Positions 18,501-27,652 are shown, numbered from the stretch's first letter. The stretch: 64,000 nucleotides of DNA from Armatimonadota bacterium (GCA_016235455.1 JACRKZ010000082.1:1-64000), one strand, 5' to 3'. The notes: a model not told the origin generated them from the letters alone. Made by a program: numbers and translations.

Positions 18501-19255
18501 TGGTACCCGGCGTCGCGCGCCAGCTTGGCCAGGGCACCGGTCGCACCCAGGCCGGGGAAGCCGACCACCACGGCGCGCGTCCCGGTGATCCGCCCGCGGT
18601 CGCTGGCGCTGCCGTTGACCGCCGCCTGTGCGAAGACAGCCTCCGCCGCCTGGCTACGCAGGCCGAGTCGGCCCGAGCGAACGGCCTTGGCCTCGGCCGG
18701 CACGGCGTAGCGGCAGGTCCACTGCCAGTCGGCGGCGCCAGCCGGCTTCACGCGGCCGATCACCGCGTCCGCCGCCACCTCGATCTCCATCGCGTAGGCC
18801 GTGCCCCACGACCACGCGGCGGTCCCCGTGGTGGTGGCCTCCAGCCTGGTGCCGGCCGCCGATTGCGCCTGCCACTCGCCGTCGAGCATCTCGACCAGCT
18901 CGATGCGGTGTGTCTTGCCGTCCGGGTCCTCGGTCAGCGAGATCAGCCAGAACCGCCGACCATCCTCGGCCAGGCGCGGGCCCATCGAAGCCCAGCCGCC
19001 GTCCTGAACGCGCCGACGAGGCGTCATCACCACCGACACGCGTCCGGCGCTGATGGGCGCCGTTGCGGTCAGCAGCGCGTCGCCATCGGCCGCCACCAGG
19101 CCGTCGGGCGAGGCCTGGTAACGGCCGGACAGCACCAGCCAGTCACCCGTGCTCTGCCACAGCGGCGGCAGCTTGGTGAGCGGGTCGGTGAAGGCGGTGG
19201 GCGCGGCGGCCAGGGCGCCGACGGACAGCGCGGACACGAGCCAGAGACGGTGCAT
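15536..19255 (-). CDS. Large secreted multidomain protein with a clan-A-like (GH5/GH42-like) TIM barrel
   Basis: Signal peptide, N-terminal concanavalin-like region, FLNGVNYWP, DLALMQKLGLNLV, DLHWEP, KPVFWAEFG, SDYGVV. Confidence 0.65.
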   Translation of the reverse strand: MHRLWLVSALSVGALAAAPTAFTDPLTKLPPLWQSTGDWLVLSGRYQASPDGLVAADGDALLTATAPISAGRVSVVMTPRRRVQDGGWASMGPRLAEDGRRFWLISLTEDPDGKTHRIELVEMLDGEWQAQSAAGTRLEATTTGTAAWSWGTAYAMEIEVAADAVIGRVKPAGAADWQWTCRYAVPAEAKAVRSGRLGLRSQAAEAVFAQAAVNGSASDRGRITGTRAVVVGFPGLGATGALAKLARDAGYQIRLASPVDLKLDPALDRLLLVDSLRRLPVATMRAVVEWIEQGGDLYAGGAEPFADPLFKLPDGTWKTRDDALAAVDGRGTALDLGRDAGLRVATNNSAAKSELLYGQPGPAGARDAARLSLPEFNGWHTLAANEARFGAGETLTVVWVKGTPGQATTLEWREDDGSRWIAAIPLTDTWTKHVLDPSAFGFWADGSPEARRDTQFRPDHAKGLSFGPATGFGTTHAGPFELHIGSIRTAASPVTFEAFTPPVIETLSPWYKQWETADGRRIPYQRPRGQTLAAELEGRHQTLAGGLSRYVTTKGAAIFWQPSGVGNDAEALRAARAGVWLLNGGPEKIVHVEGEPVPLGARLLNCGAANQKVSVRVTVDGRPQTIEVDLAAGAQRGALVQPATGLGVGLHRVGVEVLVAGQVVDSGATPLRIVPKTPVVSAARRVRVQGDTFRVGGRPVFLNGVNYWPRNVSGLEPDRYNNGWLKREDYDPDVVEADLALMQKLGLNLVSIQPGHPEPMIDFLERCRAHGIWVNLFTSSAGGLGFNPEHDRDLLTSARVVGNDTVAMLDLHWEPRLGNHAERTRWDGEWRAWIVEQYGSVESAERAWGLAAPREAGQVSNPTDQQIGSDGPHRIMVAAYRRFADDLISRRYGRVCRSLRSLDPDLLLGVRTGYGGTGQEWAGRVMAYDLTSGAAHLDFASPEGYGMSPDWAKASGTGFITAWGKWAGAGKPVFWAEFGHSIGARGGTPDTRAQQTAIWRGTLRLCLQDRAAASAGWWWPGGWRVNERSDYGVVEPDGTPREALLAAAEVGRQVQAELLKPAPDSPTLLVDRDADARGLFGLWSAKDAEFRRLTAQGKSVRLVTEATGKSTRDMPLVQVGNVPYAGSGPLKHANAEVAGIEVVWPGGSARGENGQALSVAGGGPLKVTVKLVNTGEAAWDGCRLTLGAETLDVPATPRFGTAEVIFTLTAEGDRTLSARVSTAAGAAFGETVRVRLVAK

Positions 19256-19263
19256 GGTCTACC

Positions 19264-20484
19264 TCAATCATGTGGCGAGCCCGAAGCCCAGGTGATGCCG
19301 GTGCCGCTCGACTGCGCGTTCTGGCTCCAGGTTGCCGGGTCGGAGTCGAGCACAGTATAGGTGCCCGCCGGCAACTCCACCATGGGCTCGACCACCCACA
19401 TGATCGGTAGACGACCGCCGCTCGCGCCAGTGCCCACGGCCTGCCAGGGGCCGTAGGTCTTGCCGCCGGGACCGGCCAAGGACAGCGTGCCCGGCTTGGC
19501 GCCATTGCCGCCGTTGTAGTGATAGGTGCGCAGATAGGTCAGCCTGGCTGGCCTGGCCAGCGTGAAGACCGTCGGCTTGGTGGGCCGATTGCTGATCGCG
19601 CCACCGTTGGAGTTGTCGTAGAGCGTGATCACCGGGCCCGCCTTCACCTCGGGCGCCATGACGCCGGTGACGGTGGCGAAGCCGCGGCTGCCGGCGGCAT
19701 CGTTGGTGCCCCAGGTGGCCGGCTCGGAGTCGACGATGGTGTACTGGCCGGCGGCGAAGCGCGCGCTGACATCAGCTACCCAGTAGAGGTTCTTCCGCCC
19801 CTGGGCGTCGCCACGGCCGGTGGTGCGCCAGGGGCCGTAGACCGTGCCGTCGGCCGCGCGCAGGGCGATGGTGCCCGGTGTGGCGCCCTTGCCGCCGTTG
19901 TAGTGGTAGGTCTCGATGGTGGCGATCACGGCGGGACGGGCTAAGGTCACGACGGTCGGCACCGTCGGATTCGGGCGGACACCTCCGCCGTTCTCGTTGC
20001 GGAACAGGACTGTGGGCGCGCCGCCCAGGGGCACGCGCGACGGGAGGTTGGTCGTGGTGGCCGGCGGCGCGGTCGGTGTGGTGGGCGGGGTCGGTGGCCT
20101 GGGCCCGGCCGGCGTGATCATCAGCGGTTCGTCACGACGCAGCCCGATGGCCGTCGGCACGTCGACCCCGTCGTCCCAGCGGAAGCCGTTGACCATGACT
20201 GCCTTGGGGTGCAGCATCAGGCCGATGCGGTAGCTGGCAAGGCCGCTGTCCGCGGGCCAGGTGAGCGTGGCGGTGAGCCCACGTCCGCTGGGCAGCAGAA
20301 CGCCCGATACGGTGCCAGCGACCTTGCCGTCCGGCTGGCGGCAGGTGCCGCTGACGTCGGTGCCGGCGATTCTCAGGTCGAGCCGGACCGATGGGCCAGC
20401 CCATGCGCCGGCCAACGGATGCGGCTGCGCCACCGCGATACCGGCGGCCATGGTCAAGATCAGTGCCGCATGTCTGGTGCTCAT
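19264..20484 (-). CDS. Secreted protein with two tandem copies of an unassigned ~120-aa domain
   Basis: Signal peptide, Pro/Thr linker, then two copies of TYHYNGGxGxxPGT...YGPW...G(Q/T)YT(I/V)xDS(E/D)PATW. Confidence 0.8.
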   Translation of the reverse strand: MSTRHAALILTMAAGIAVAQPHPLAGAWAGPSVRLDLRIAGTDVSGTCRQPDGKVAGTVSGVLLPSGRGLTATLTWPADSGLASYRIGLMLHPKAVMVNGFRWDDGVDVPTAIGLRRDEPLMITPAGPRPPTPPTTPTAPPATTTNLPSRVPLGGAPTVLFRNENGGGVRPNPTVPTVVTLARPAVIATIETYHYNGGKGATPGTIALRAADGTVYGPWRTTGRGDAQGRKNLYWVADVSARFAAGQYTIVDSEPATWGTNDAAGSRGFATVTGVMAPEVKAGPVITLYDNSNGGAISNRPTKPTVFTLARPARLTYLRTYHYNGGNGAKPGTLSLAGPGGKTYGPWQAVGTGASGGRLPIMWVVEPMVELPAGTYTVLDSDPATWSQNAQSSGTGITWASGSPHD

Positions 20485-20502
20485 CGCCCCACTCCCTCCA
20501 GC

Positions 20503-22995
20503 CTACTCACGGACCTTCACGCCTTCGTACGCCGGGCTGCTCTGGCCAGCAGCGACCCACACATACTCGTGGTTCAGTTCGGTGCCCGTATAGCCGCAAA
20601 AGTCCTCGATGGTCAACCGCAGGGCGAGTGCGCGACCTGCTCTGTCGGCGGGCACCTGGGTCTTGAGATCGGCGGCCACGGCGGGTCCGGCAGCGATGGT
20701 CTGGGCGCCCATGTAGTAGTCGGCCGGGTGTACCAGCAGAGCCTTGCTGACCACCGTGCCATCTGGCGGCGTGTACAGCCAGGCGCCGGCGCGTACGAAG
20801 GAGTTGCCGCTACAGCGCAGCGTGATGTCCTGGCCGGGCGCGATGGTCGTCGGCGCCGCCTCCCACGCGCCGGCTGCCGTCAGCGGGTGGGGCACCTTGA
20901 ACTGCGGCCAGAGGGTCAGGTCGAGTTCGGTCCGCACGCTGCCCAGCCCCGTGCCGAGTTTGACCACCGGCGCGCCGACCTGGCCCGTGTCTCGTCGTGA
21001 AGTGCGCACGAGCACCCAGCGGCCCGTCGCCGCGGGCGGGTTGGGCGGCTCGGGCTTGGCGGTGTTTGGATCGGTCACCTCGACCTCCACCGAGGAGCGC
21101 ACCGTGCCCACGGCCAACATGGCGGGCGGGTCGGGCAGCGGGTTGGGGCCCGAACCCGGCTTGAGCGTCATGGTCACGCTGACGGTGTAGGTGCCGGGCT
21201 TCGAGAAGCGAAACGTGCGCGGGCCCTCGAGCGAGCTTCGCGTCACCGGGCTCCACGCGTAGGACTCGTCGATGAAGGAGCCGGCTCCCGACAGGAGGGT
21301 CAACAGGCGCCTCATGCGACTGAGCTTGGCGTAGAACCGCCGGTCCTGGCACCCAGGCGTGACCGTCACCTCAACGGGTTGGCCTGCCCAGACCGCGGGG
21401 CACGGTTGGTAGCTCAGTGCCAGCGGCGCGTGCATCACGTCCTGGGCCAGCACCAGGTACTCGGCAGCCAACTGGTCGCGTTGCCAGCGCCAAGCCTGGA
21501 GGATGACTGGATAGCACCGGGCCAACATGGCATCACCGGCCGCGGCGTCGTCGCGAGCGGGCGCTCCGGCGATGTCGCGATTCGTGGCGCGTTGGCACTG
21601 GGTCCAGACCACCTGCCTCAGCCGCGCCTCGCTCAGGCACTCGGCCACGAGCCGCTCCAGCGTGAAGCAGAAACGAGTGTCGGGCTCATCGCGCTCGCGG
21701 CCCAGGCCCGTGTAGATGCCGGCCATCAGGTCCCAGGCGTCCTGCCGGTTGACCACCAGGTCGATACCGCCGGCGCGCGCCTGGTCGATGATGGCCTTGG
21801 TCAGCTCGGCCAGCAGACCCAACGGCAGGGACTTCAGGAGCAGGCTCTGGATCCCTGCCACCATCAGCGTCTCGCCCATGTCGCCCTGCGCGGCGGCCAG
21901 GGCCGTGGTGTTGGCGGCTTGGAGCACCATCACCGCGGTCATGATCCGCTCAAACTGGGCCGCGTTCGGGGCCTGGGCCCAGATCTGCCCGAGCAGACGA
22001 CCGACGGGGCCCTTGGGATTCTCCAAGCCCACCAGCAGCTCGCGCTGCATCAGCCGGCCGACCGGCCCCGCCGTGGCAAAGGCCTTGAGGGTCGAGGCCT
22101 CCATGTGCGAACTGGCCACCAACTGCCGCACCCGAGTCGCCACCTGACCCAGCGGGGTGCCGCCCTCCAGCGCCGTGACCAGTGCAGCGATCTCCGCCTT
22201 GTTCAGCGTTGCGGTGCCCAGCCTGGCCAGTTCGCGCGACTTGGTCAGGTCGTTGCCCAGCCGCTTGAGGTACTTGAGCACCTTGTCCGAGCGGCCGGCG
22301 CGCAGCTCGTCCAGGCAGTGTTCGCCCCACTGAATGGCGGTGTTCGCCGTACCGGCGCTGGTGAAGGTGCGCTGGCCGTCGAGGAAATGGGTGAGGTCGA
22401 CCGCGCCGACAACGGCCTTGCCGTTCTCGGCGCGATAGAAGCAACGCCCCTTGGTCTGCTCATAGAACTGCGTGAAGGCGCCCGACCCCTCACCGTACAG
22501 CCCTTCGACGTACTTGGCCGGCGTCGTGGGACCCACCTTGCCGGAGAAGCCCAGGTTCGGCACCTCGCCGACCTTGGTATAGACAGCCAAGGCGTCATCG
22601 GCGTCGAGCACCGTGCCCATGAGCTGGCTCGGCGCGTAGAGATTGGTGCGCTCGAGGATGGGACCGGCTTCGGCGCCGAACTCCTCGCGGATCATGCGGC
22701 CCAGGGCGCTCTTGGCCTGTTGCCACTGCGCGCCTGGGTTGGCCGCGCTCTTGGGCAGCAAGAGGCGCATATCGTGGTCCGAAGTGGCAGCGTTGTAGGC
22801 ACCCGAAATCCACGAGCCGCAGCCAGTGACACTGTGGCCGGTCTCCGCGACGAACTTGCGCACGACCTTCTGCACGCGCGCGCGCTGCAAGTCAGCGGCG
22901 CGCTTCGCCGCCTCATCGAGCTGTCCCATCGCCGGCCACGCCAGCATCAGAACAGCAAGCGCCACCAGCCGACAGGACGCCGGACGCATTGCCAT
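20503..22995 (-). CDS. Secreted protein with a putative nucleotidyltransferase-fold N-terminal domain and a PKD/Ig-like domain
   Basis: Signal peptide (LVALAVLMLAWPAMG), GS-x11-DHD motif, FRFSKPGTYTVSVT PKD-like strand. RBS GAGAGGGG and TACAAT upstream on the minus strand. Confidence 0.7.
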   Translation of the reverse strand: MAMRPASCRLVALAVLMLAWPAMGQLDEAAKRAADLQRARVQKVVRKFVAETGHSVTGCGSWISGAYNAATSDHDMRLLLPKSAANPGAQWQQAKSALGRMIREEFGAEAGPILERTNLYAPSQLMGTVLDADDALAVYTKVGEVPNLGFSGKVGPTTPAKYVEGLYGEGSGAFTQFYEQTKGRCFYRAENGKAVVGAVDLTHFLDGQRTFTSAGTANTAIQWGEHCLDELRAGRSDKVLKYLKRLGNDLTKSRELARLGTATLNKAEIAALVTALEGGTPLGQVATRVRQLVASSHMEASTLKAFATAGPVGRLMQRELLVGLENPKGPVGRLLGQIWAQAPNAAQFERIMTAVMVLQAANTTALAAAQGDMGETLMVAGIQSLLLKSLPLGLLAELTKAIIDQARAGGIDLVVNRQDAWDLMAGIYTGLGRERDEPDTRFCFTLERLVAECLSEARLRQVVWTQCQRATNRDIAGAPARDDAAAGDAMLARCYPVILQAWRWQRDQLAAEYLVLAQDVMHAPLALSYQPCPAVWAGQPVEVTVTPGCQDRRFYAKLSRMRRLLTLLSGAGSFIDESYAWSPVTRSSLEGPRTFRFSKPGTYTVSVTMTLKPGSGPNPLPDPPAMLAVGTVRSSVEVEVTDPNTAKPEPPNPPAATGRWVLVRTSRRDTGQVGAPVVKLGTGLGSVRTELDLTLWPQFKVPHPLTAAGAWEAAPTTIAPGQDITLRCSGNSFVRAGAWLYTPPDGTVVSKALLVHPADYYMGAQTIAAGPAVAADLKTQVPADRAGRALALRLTIEDFCGYTGTELNHEYVWVAAGQSSPAYEGVKVRE

Positions 22996-23080
22996 CGCGA
23001 ACCCCTCTCGCTACGACAGATGTGGCGCAATTGTACCGAGCGCCGCGGCGGCGCGCTACTCTGGGGCCGACTCGTGTGGT

Positions 23081-24640
23081 TCAGCGTCGGCTGGCCAGCC
23101 AGCGCCGGCCCTCGGCCATGCTCTGTTCCCACGGCCAGCCCGACGGATCGGGCTTGCCGCGCAGCCCGCCGGCGAAGTCGCGGTGGTAGAGCACGCCTTC
23201 GGTGAAGCTCTCGCCCTCGATGTGCCGTGGCGGGATGCCGCGGCGCGCACAGATATCGGCCACCAGACGGCCGACGTTCTGCACCTGGCCGGGCGTGTAG
23301 TCGTCGCCGCGGGAGACGATCTCGATGCCGATGGTCTCGGCGTTGAAGTCGTAGATGGGGCCTTTGTTGGTCCACTGGCCGGTGCCCGCGTGCCGGGCGA
23401 TGGTCGATTCCTCGGCCAGTTGGCAGACCACGCCGCTGCGGAACACCAGGTACTGCACGCCAATCGTGCGCGGCTCGCGCGGCAGCCGCTCGCCGGGGGT
23501 GATGTCCTGGTAGAACCCTGCCAGGCGCCAGGTGGTGCCGCTGGTCAAGGCGTTGAGATTGCCCGAATCGCTGTTGGAGGCGGTGTGGTGCAGCACCACC
23601 CAGCGGGCCGGCGTGGGCCGCTGCCAGCGCATGGTGCCGGGCCGGCGGTCGCCCACTACAGCCGAATCGATCTTGGGCGCCGCCTGGCCGGCGAAGGCGC
23701 ACTTCGCGCTGTCGAAGACCACGCCGCTGGGCCCGACGTTGCGCACCCGCCGCGAGACGCGCACGGTCTGACCGGAGACGTCAGTGTCGTCGGCCTCGAT
23801 CAGGTCGCGCGAGGCGACGCCCATGCGGTCACTGCGGCCCAGACTGACCACCACCTCGCGGCCGTCGGGCGAGAGTGCCGGTCGCGCCGGCCAGGTCCTG
23901 TCCAGCAGCGGCACACGCGGGTCGATCTCGGCCAGCGCCGTCGACTCGCCGGTGGCCGGGTCGAACCGCACCAGCCGCGTGTCTTCGCCGACCTGGGTCA
24001 GCGCATAGCCGCGTCCGGCGACCACGACCATCTCGCCCACCATGCCGGCTGGCGTCGTGGCCTTCAGCGCGCCGAGCAGCGCCCGGTCGGCCTCGGCCGT
24101 GGTCAACTCGACCGCACCGTCGGGCAGGCGGCGCTGGCTGATGACGCCGTTCTCGGCCTGCCACACCAGCGTGTCGGTCTCGGCTCGCCAGGCATACTGA
24201 TCGCGCAGGCCGGGCCGCGCCTCCCCCATGGCCAGCGGCGCACCAGCCAGCGCGCCGGAGACGGCGTCGAAGACGACCAACTCGGCGCTGCGCCGGCCGT
24301 TCGCCAGCCGCAGCGCGGCCACGTAGCGCGCGCTGGGCGCGGGCTTGAGGCCGGCCAGATCGAGGCCGCCCGCCACGACGCGCGCGGCGCGCGTGGCGGG
24401 ATCGAGGAAGTAGGCCGGTCCGAACGCCGGATCGCCCAGCAAGCCGTGCGCGCTGTGCGCGAGCAGCGCCTTGCCATCAGGCAACCAGGCCGGGTCCATG
24501 CCAGGACCCAGCCAGCGGGCGGCGGAGCCGTCGGTGGCCACGGCGTGCAGGCCGGGGTTGCGCAGCGTGGGCACAGCCCACGCCGCGGTCGACAGCAGCA
24601 GCGCTATCCCTGGCAGCGCGGACCTCCAGGTCCTCACCAT
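23081..24640 (-). CDS. N-acetylmuramoyl-L-alanine amidase (Amidase_2) with an N-terminal TolB-like propeller
   Basis: C-terminal VVLHHT, ARHAG, TIGIE, YHRD...KPDP. N-terminal PAWLPDG and PALSPDG repeats. Confidence 0.8.
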   Translation of the reverse strand: MVRTWRSALPGIALLLSTAAWAVPTLRNPGLHAVATDGSAARWLGPGMDPAWLPDGKALLAHSAHGLLGDPAFGPAYFLDPATRAARVVAGGLDLAGLKPAPSARYVAALRLANGRRSAELVVFDAVSGALAGAPLAMGEARPGLRDQYAWRAETDTLVWQAENGVISQRRLPDGAVELTTAEADRALLGALKATTPAGMVGEMVVVAGRGYALTQVGEDTRLVRFDPATGESTALAEIDPRVPLLDRTWPARPALSPDGREVVVSLGRSDRMGVASRDLIEADDTDVSGQTVRVSRRVRNVGPSGVVFDSAKCAFAGQAAPKIDSAVVGDRRPGTMRWQRPTPARWVVLHHTASNSDSGNLNALTSGTTWRLAGFYQDITPGERLPREPRTIGVQYLVFRSGVVCQLAEESTIARHAGTGQWTNKGPIYDFNAETIGIEIVSRGDDYTPGQVQNVGRLVADICARRGIPPRHIEGESFTEGVLYHRDFAGGLRGKPDPSGWPWEQSMAEGRRWLASRR

Positions 24641-24710
24641 CCGCAGCCGGCTGCGCTGTGCGGACGTGGACGTCCGCGCTCTCAGCGTGGACATCGACGC
24701 GCCCAGCATG

Positions 24711-26174
24711 TCAGACTCCCAACCGCCCACACAGCAACTTTTCGACATCCTTGGGGTCGGCCTGGCCGCGTGTGGCCTTCATCACCTGACCCACCAGGAA
24801 GCCCATGACCTTCGTGTTGCCGCTCTGGATCTTCTGCACGGCATCGGCGTTGGCGGCCAGCACCTCGTCGAGCACTGGCCCGAGCGTGCTGGCTTCAGCC
24901 TTGCGGATACCCAGGTCGGCCTTGGCCGGCTCGACACCGACGCCCTTGTCGAACATGTAGGGCAGCACCTGCTTGAACTGCGGGCCGGTCAGGTCGCCAC
25001 TGTCCCACTGCCGAGCCAACTCGGCGATGTCGGCCGCGCTCACGGGCAACAGCGCGCAGTCGTCGAGGCTCAGGCCGCGATCGTTGACCTGTGCCAGGAA
25101 GTCGCCCAGTAGCACGTTGGCCACGCGGTCGACGTTGGCGAACAGCCCGAGTGCAGCCTCGAAATAGGCCGAGAACGAGCGGCTCTGGGCCAGCAACTCG
25201 GCACGGTAGCGGTCGAGCCCCAGGCTGGATTCGTAGCGCACGATGATCTCGTGCTTCAGTTCCGGCCGGGTCAGGCGGATGGCGTCGACTTCGGCCTCGG
25301 TGAAGCGCAGCGGCGGCAGGTCGGGCTCGGGGAAGTAGCGATAGTCGTGCGCCTCTTCCTTGCTGCGCTGGAAGACCGTGCGGCCATTCTCGGCGTCCCA
25401 CCCCATGGTCGCCTGGACCACCTCTTCGCCGCGCTCATAGGCGCGGATGTGGCGCTTGATCTCATACTCGATGGCCTGGCGCACCACGTCGAAGCTGTTG
25501 ATGTTCTTGACTTCACAGCGCTTCCGCAGGATGCCCTGGGCCTCTTCCTCGGCGGTGCGCACGCTGATGTTGGCCTCCAGGCGCATGGCGCCGTCTTCCA
25601 TGCGGCCCGAGGCGATGCCCAGGAAGATGAGAATGTCGCGCAACTTGCGCAGATAGGCCACCGCTTCGTCGGCCGAGCGGCCGTCGGGCTCGGTGACGAT
25701 CTCCATGAGCGGCACCCCGGCGCGGTTGCAGTCGACCAGACTGTAGTGCTCGCCCGAGAAGCTGGTCAGGTGCGAGTTCTTGGCCGTGTCCTCCTCGAGG
25801 TGGACGCGGTTCACCCGGAACGGCTTGGTGCCGGCCTCGGTCTCGATGTCGATGAAGCCCTCGGCGCCGATGGGGTACTTGTACTGGGTCAGCTGGAAGC
25901 CCTTGACCAGGTCGGGGTACGGGTAGTTCTTGCGCTCGAACCAGCTGAACGGCGGCACATGGCAGTTGAGCGCCAGCGCGGCCATGATGCCGTAGCGCAG
26001 CGCCTCGGCATTGACCACCGGCATCATGCCCGGCGCGCCGAGGCAGATCGGGCAGACGTGGGTGTTAGGCTCGGCGCCGGCATAGTCGTTGGGGCACGCG
26101 CAGAACATCTTGCTCTGCGTGAGCAACTGGGTGTGGACCTCAAGTCCGACGACGACCTTCCATTCGATGCTCAC
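24711..26174 (-). CDS. gatB: Asp/Glu-tRNA amidotransferase subunit B
   Basis: VGLEVHTQL, KMFC, RKNYPYPDL, NRAGVPLMEIVTEP, EVKNINS, DYRYFPEPDLPP. GTG start overlaps the gatA stop (GTGA). Confidence 0.97.
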   Translation of the reverse strand: MSIEWKVVVGLEVHTQLLTQSKMFCACPNDYAGAEPNTHVCPICLGAPGMMPVVNAEALRYGIMAALALNCHVPPFSWFERKNYPYPDLVKGFQLTQYKYPIGAEGFIDIETEAGTKPFRVNRVHLEEDTAKNSHLTSFSGEHYSLVDCNRAGVPLMEIVTEPDGRSADEAVAYLRKLRDILIFLGIASGRMEDGAMRLEANISVRTAEEEAQGILRKRCEVKNINSFDVVRQAIEYEIKRHIRAYERGEEVVQATMGWDAENGRTVFQRSKEEAHDYRYFPEPDLPPLRFTEAEVDAIRLTRPELKHEIIVRYESSLGLDRYRAELLAQSRSFSAYFEAALGLFANVDRVANVLLGDFLAQVNDRGLSLDDCALLPVSAADIAELARQWDSGDLTGPQFKQVLPYMFDKGVGVEPAKADLGIRKAEASTLGPVLDEVLAANADAVQKIQSGNTKVMGFLVGQVMKATRGQADPKDVEKLLCGRLGV

Positions 26175-27652
26175 AGGCCACCTCCCACCGTGATGCGCGC
26201 GCGGTTGCTCGGCAGGCTCCAGGGCGTCGACTGCTCGAACGCATAGGACAGCGAGAACAGCGTCTCTTCCTCCCAGTGCCGGCCGATGAGCTGCAGGCCG
26301 ATGGGCTTGCTCTGCTCGTCGAACCCGCACGGGATGCAGATGCCCGGCAGGCCGGCCAGGCTGGCCGGCAGGGTGAAGACGTCGCTCAGGTACATCTGCA
26401 CCGGGTCGTCGAGCTTGGCGCCCAGCGGGAAGGCCGTGGTCGGCGAGGCCGGGCCGACGATGGCGTCGACCTGTTCGAAGGCCTTGGCGAAGTCGTCGCG
26501 GATGAGCGTGCGCACCTTCTGCGCCTGCACGTAGTAGGCCTCGGCATAGCCGGCCGACAGCGCATAGGTGCCGAGCATGATGCGGCGCTTGACCTCGGCG
26601 CCAAAGCCGGCGCCACGGGTGTTGCTATACGCGTCCCACATGGTCTCGCCGGGCTTCGGCACACCGTAGCGGATGCCGTCGAACCGCGCCAGATTGGCGC
26701 TCACCTCACACGGCATGATGACATAGTAGGTGGACAGGCCGTACTCGGTGTGCGGCAGGCTTACTTCGACCGCCTCGGCGCCGAGACTGACCAACTGCTC
26801 GATGGCCGCGCGCACGCTGGCCGACACCGCCGGCTCCATGCCGTCAATGAAGTACTCGCGCGGCACGCCGATGCGCAGCCCCTTGATGTCTCGGCCGCAG
26901 GCCGCGCGGTAGTCGGGCACGAGCCGCGCCGATGACGTGGAGTCCAGTTCGTCGCGACCCGAGATGCACTCGGCCACCGCGGCGCAGTCGCGCACGGTAC
27001 GGGCAAACGGGCCGACCTGGTCGAGACTGGAGGCCATGGCGATGACGCCCCAGCGCGAGACCCGGCCATAGGTGGGCTTGAGACCCACCACGCCGCACAG
27101 GCTGGCCGGCTGGCGGATCGAGCCGCCGGTGTCGGTGCCCAGGCTGAAGAAGGCCTGGTCGGCGGCAACCGCCGTGGCCGAGCCGCCACTGGAGCCGCCG
27201 GGCACGCAGTCGGGGCAGAACGGGTTGCGCGTGGGATGGTAGGCGCTGGTCTCGCACGAACTGCCCATGGCGAACTCGTCGAGATTGGCCTTACCGGTCA
27301 TCACGTAGCCCGCCGCGCGCAGCTGCTTGACGACAAACGCGTCGTAGATGGGCCGGTAGCCTTCGAGGATGCGCGAGCCGGCGGTGGTCTGCACGCCCTC
27401 GGTGCAGATCAGGTCCTTGATGGCACCGGGAATGCCGCACAGCAACGGCGCGTCGCCGGCCTGGAGCCGCTGGTCGGCCGCGGCGGCCATGGCCAGCGCC
27501 TGCTCGGGCGTGGGCAGAATGTAAGAGGCGATGGTCGGCTCGACCTGCTCCGAGCGCGCCAGCACGGCCTGGGTCAGCTCGACACTGCTGGTCTCGCCGG
27601 CGCGTAGCGCGGCGGCAGCCTGCTCGATGGTCAGGTGGGTGAGGTCACTCAT
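26171..27652 (-). CDS. gatA: Asp/Glu-tRNA amidotransferase subunit A
   Basis: Amidase signature GGSSGGS, GTDTGGSIRQPAS, EVKRRIMLGTYALSAGY. Confidence 0.97.
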   Translation of the reverse strand: MSDLTHLTIEQAAAALRAGETSSVELTQAVLARSEQVEPTIASYILPTPEQALAMAAAADQRLQAGDAPLLCGIPGAIKDLICTEGVQTTAGSRILEGYRPIYDAFVVKQLRAAGYVMTGKANLDEFAMGSSCETSAYHPTRNPFCPDCVPGGSSGGSATAVAADQAFFSLGTDTGGSIRQPASLCGVVGLKPTYGRVSRWGVIAMASSLDQVGPFARTVRDCAAVAECISGRDELDSTSSARLVPDYRAACGRDIKGLRIGVPREYFIDGMEPAVSASVRAAIEQLVSLGAEAVEVSLPHTEYGLSTYYVIMPCEVSANLARFDGIRYGVPKPGETMWDAYSNTRGAGFGAEVKRRIMLGTYALSAGYAEAYYVQAQKVRTLIRDDFAKAFEQVDAIVGPASPTTAFPLGAKLDDPVQMYLSDVFTLPASLAGLPGICIPCGFDEQSKPIGLQLIGRHWEEETLFSLSYAFEQSTPWSLPSNRARITVGGGL

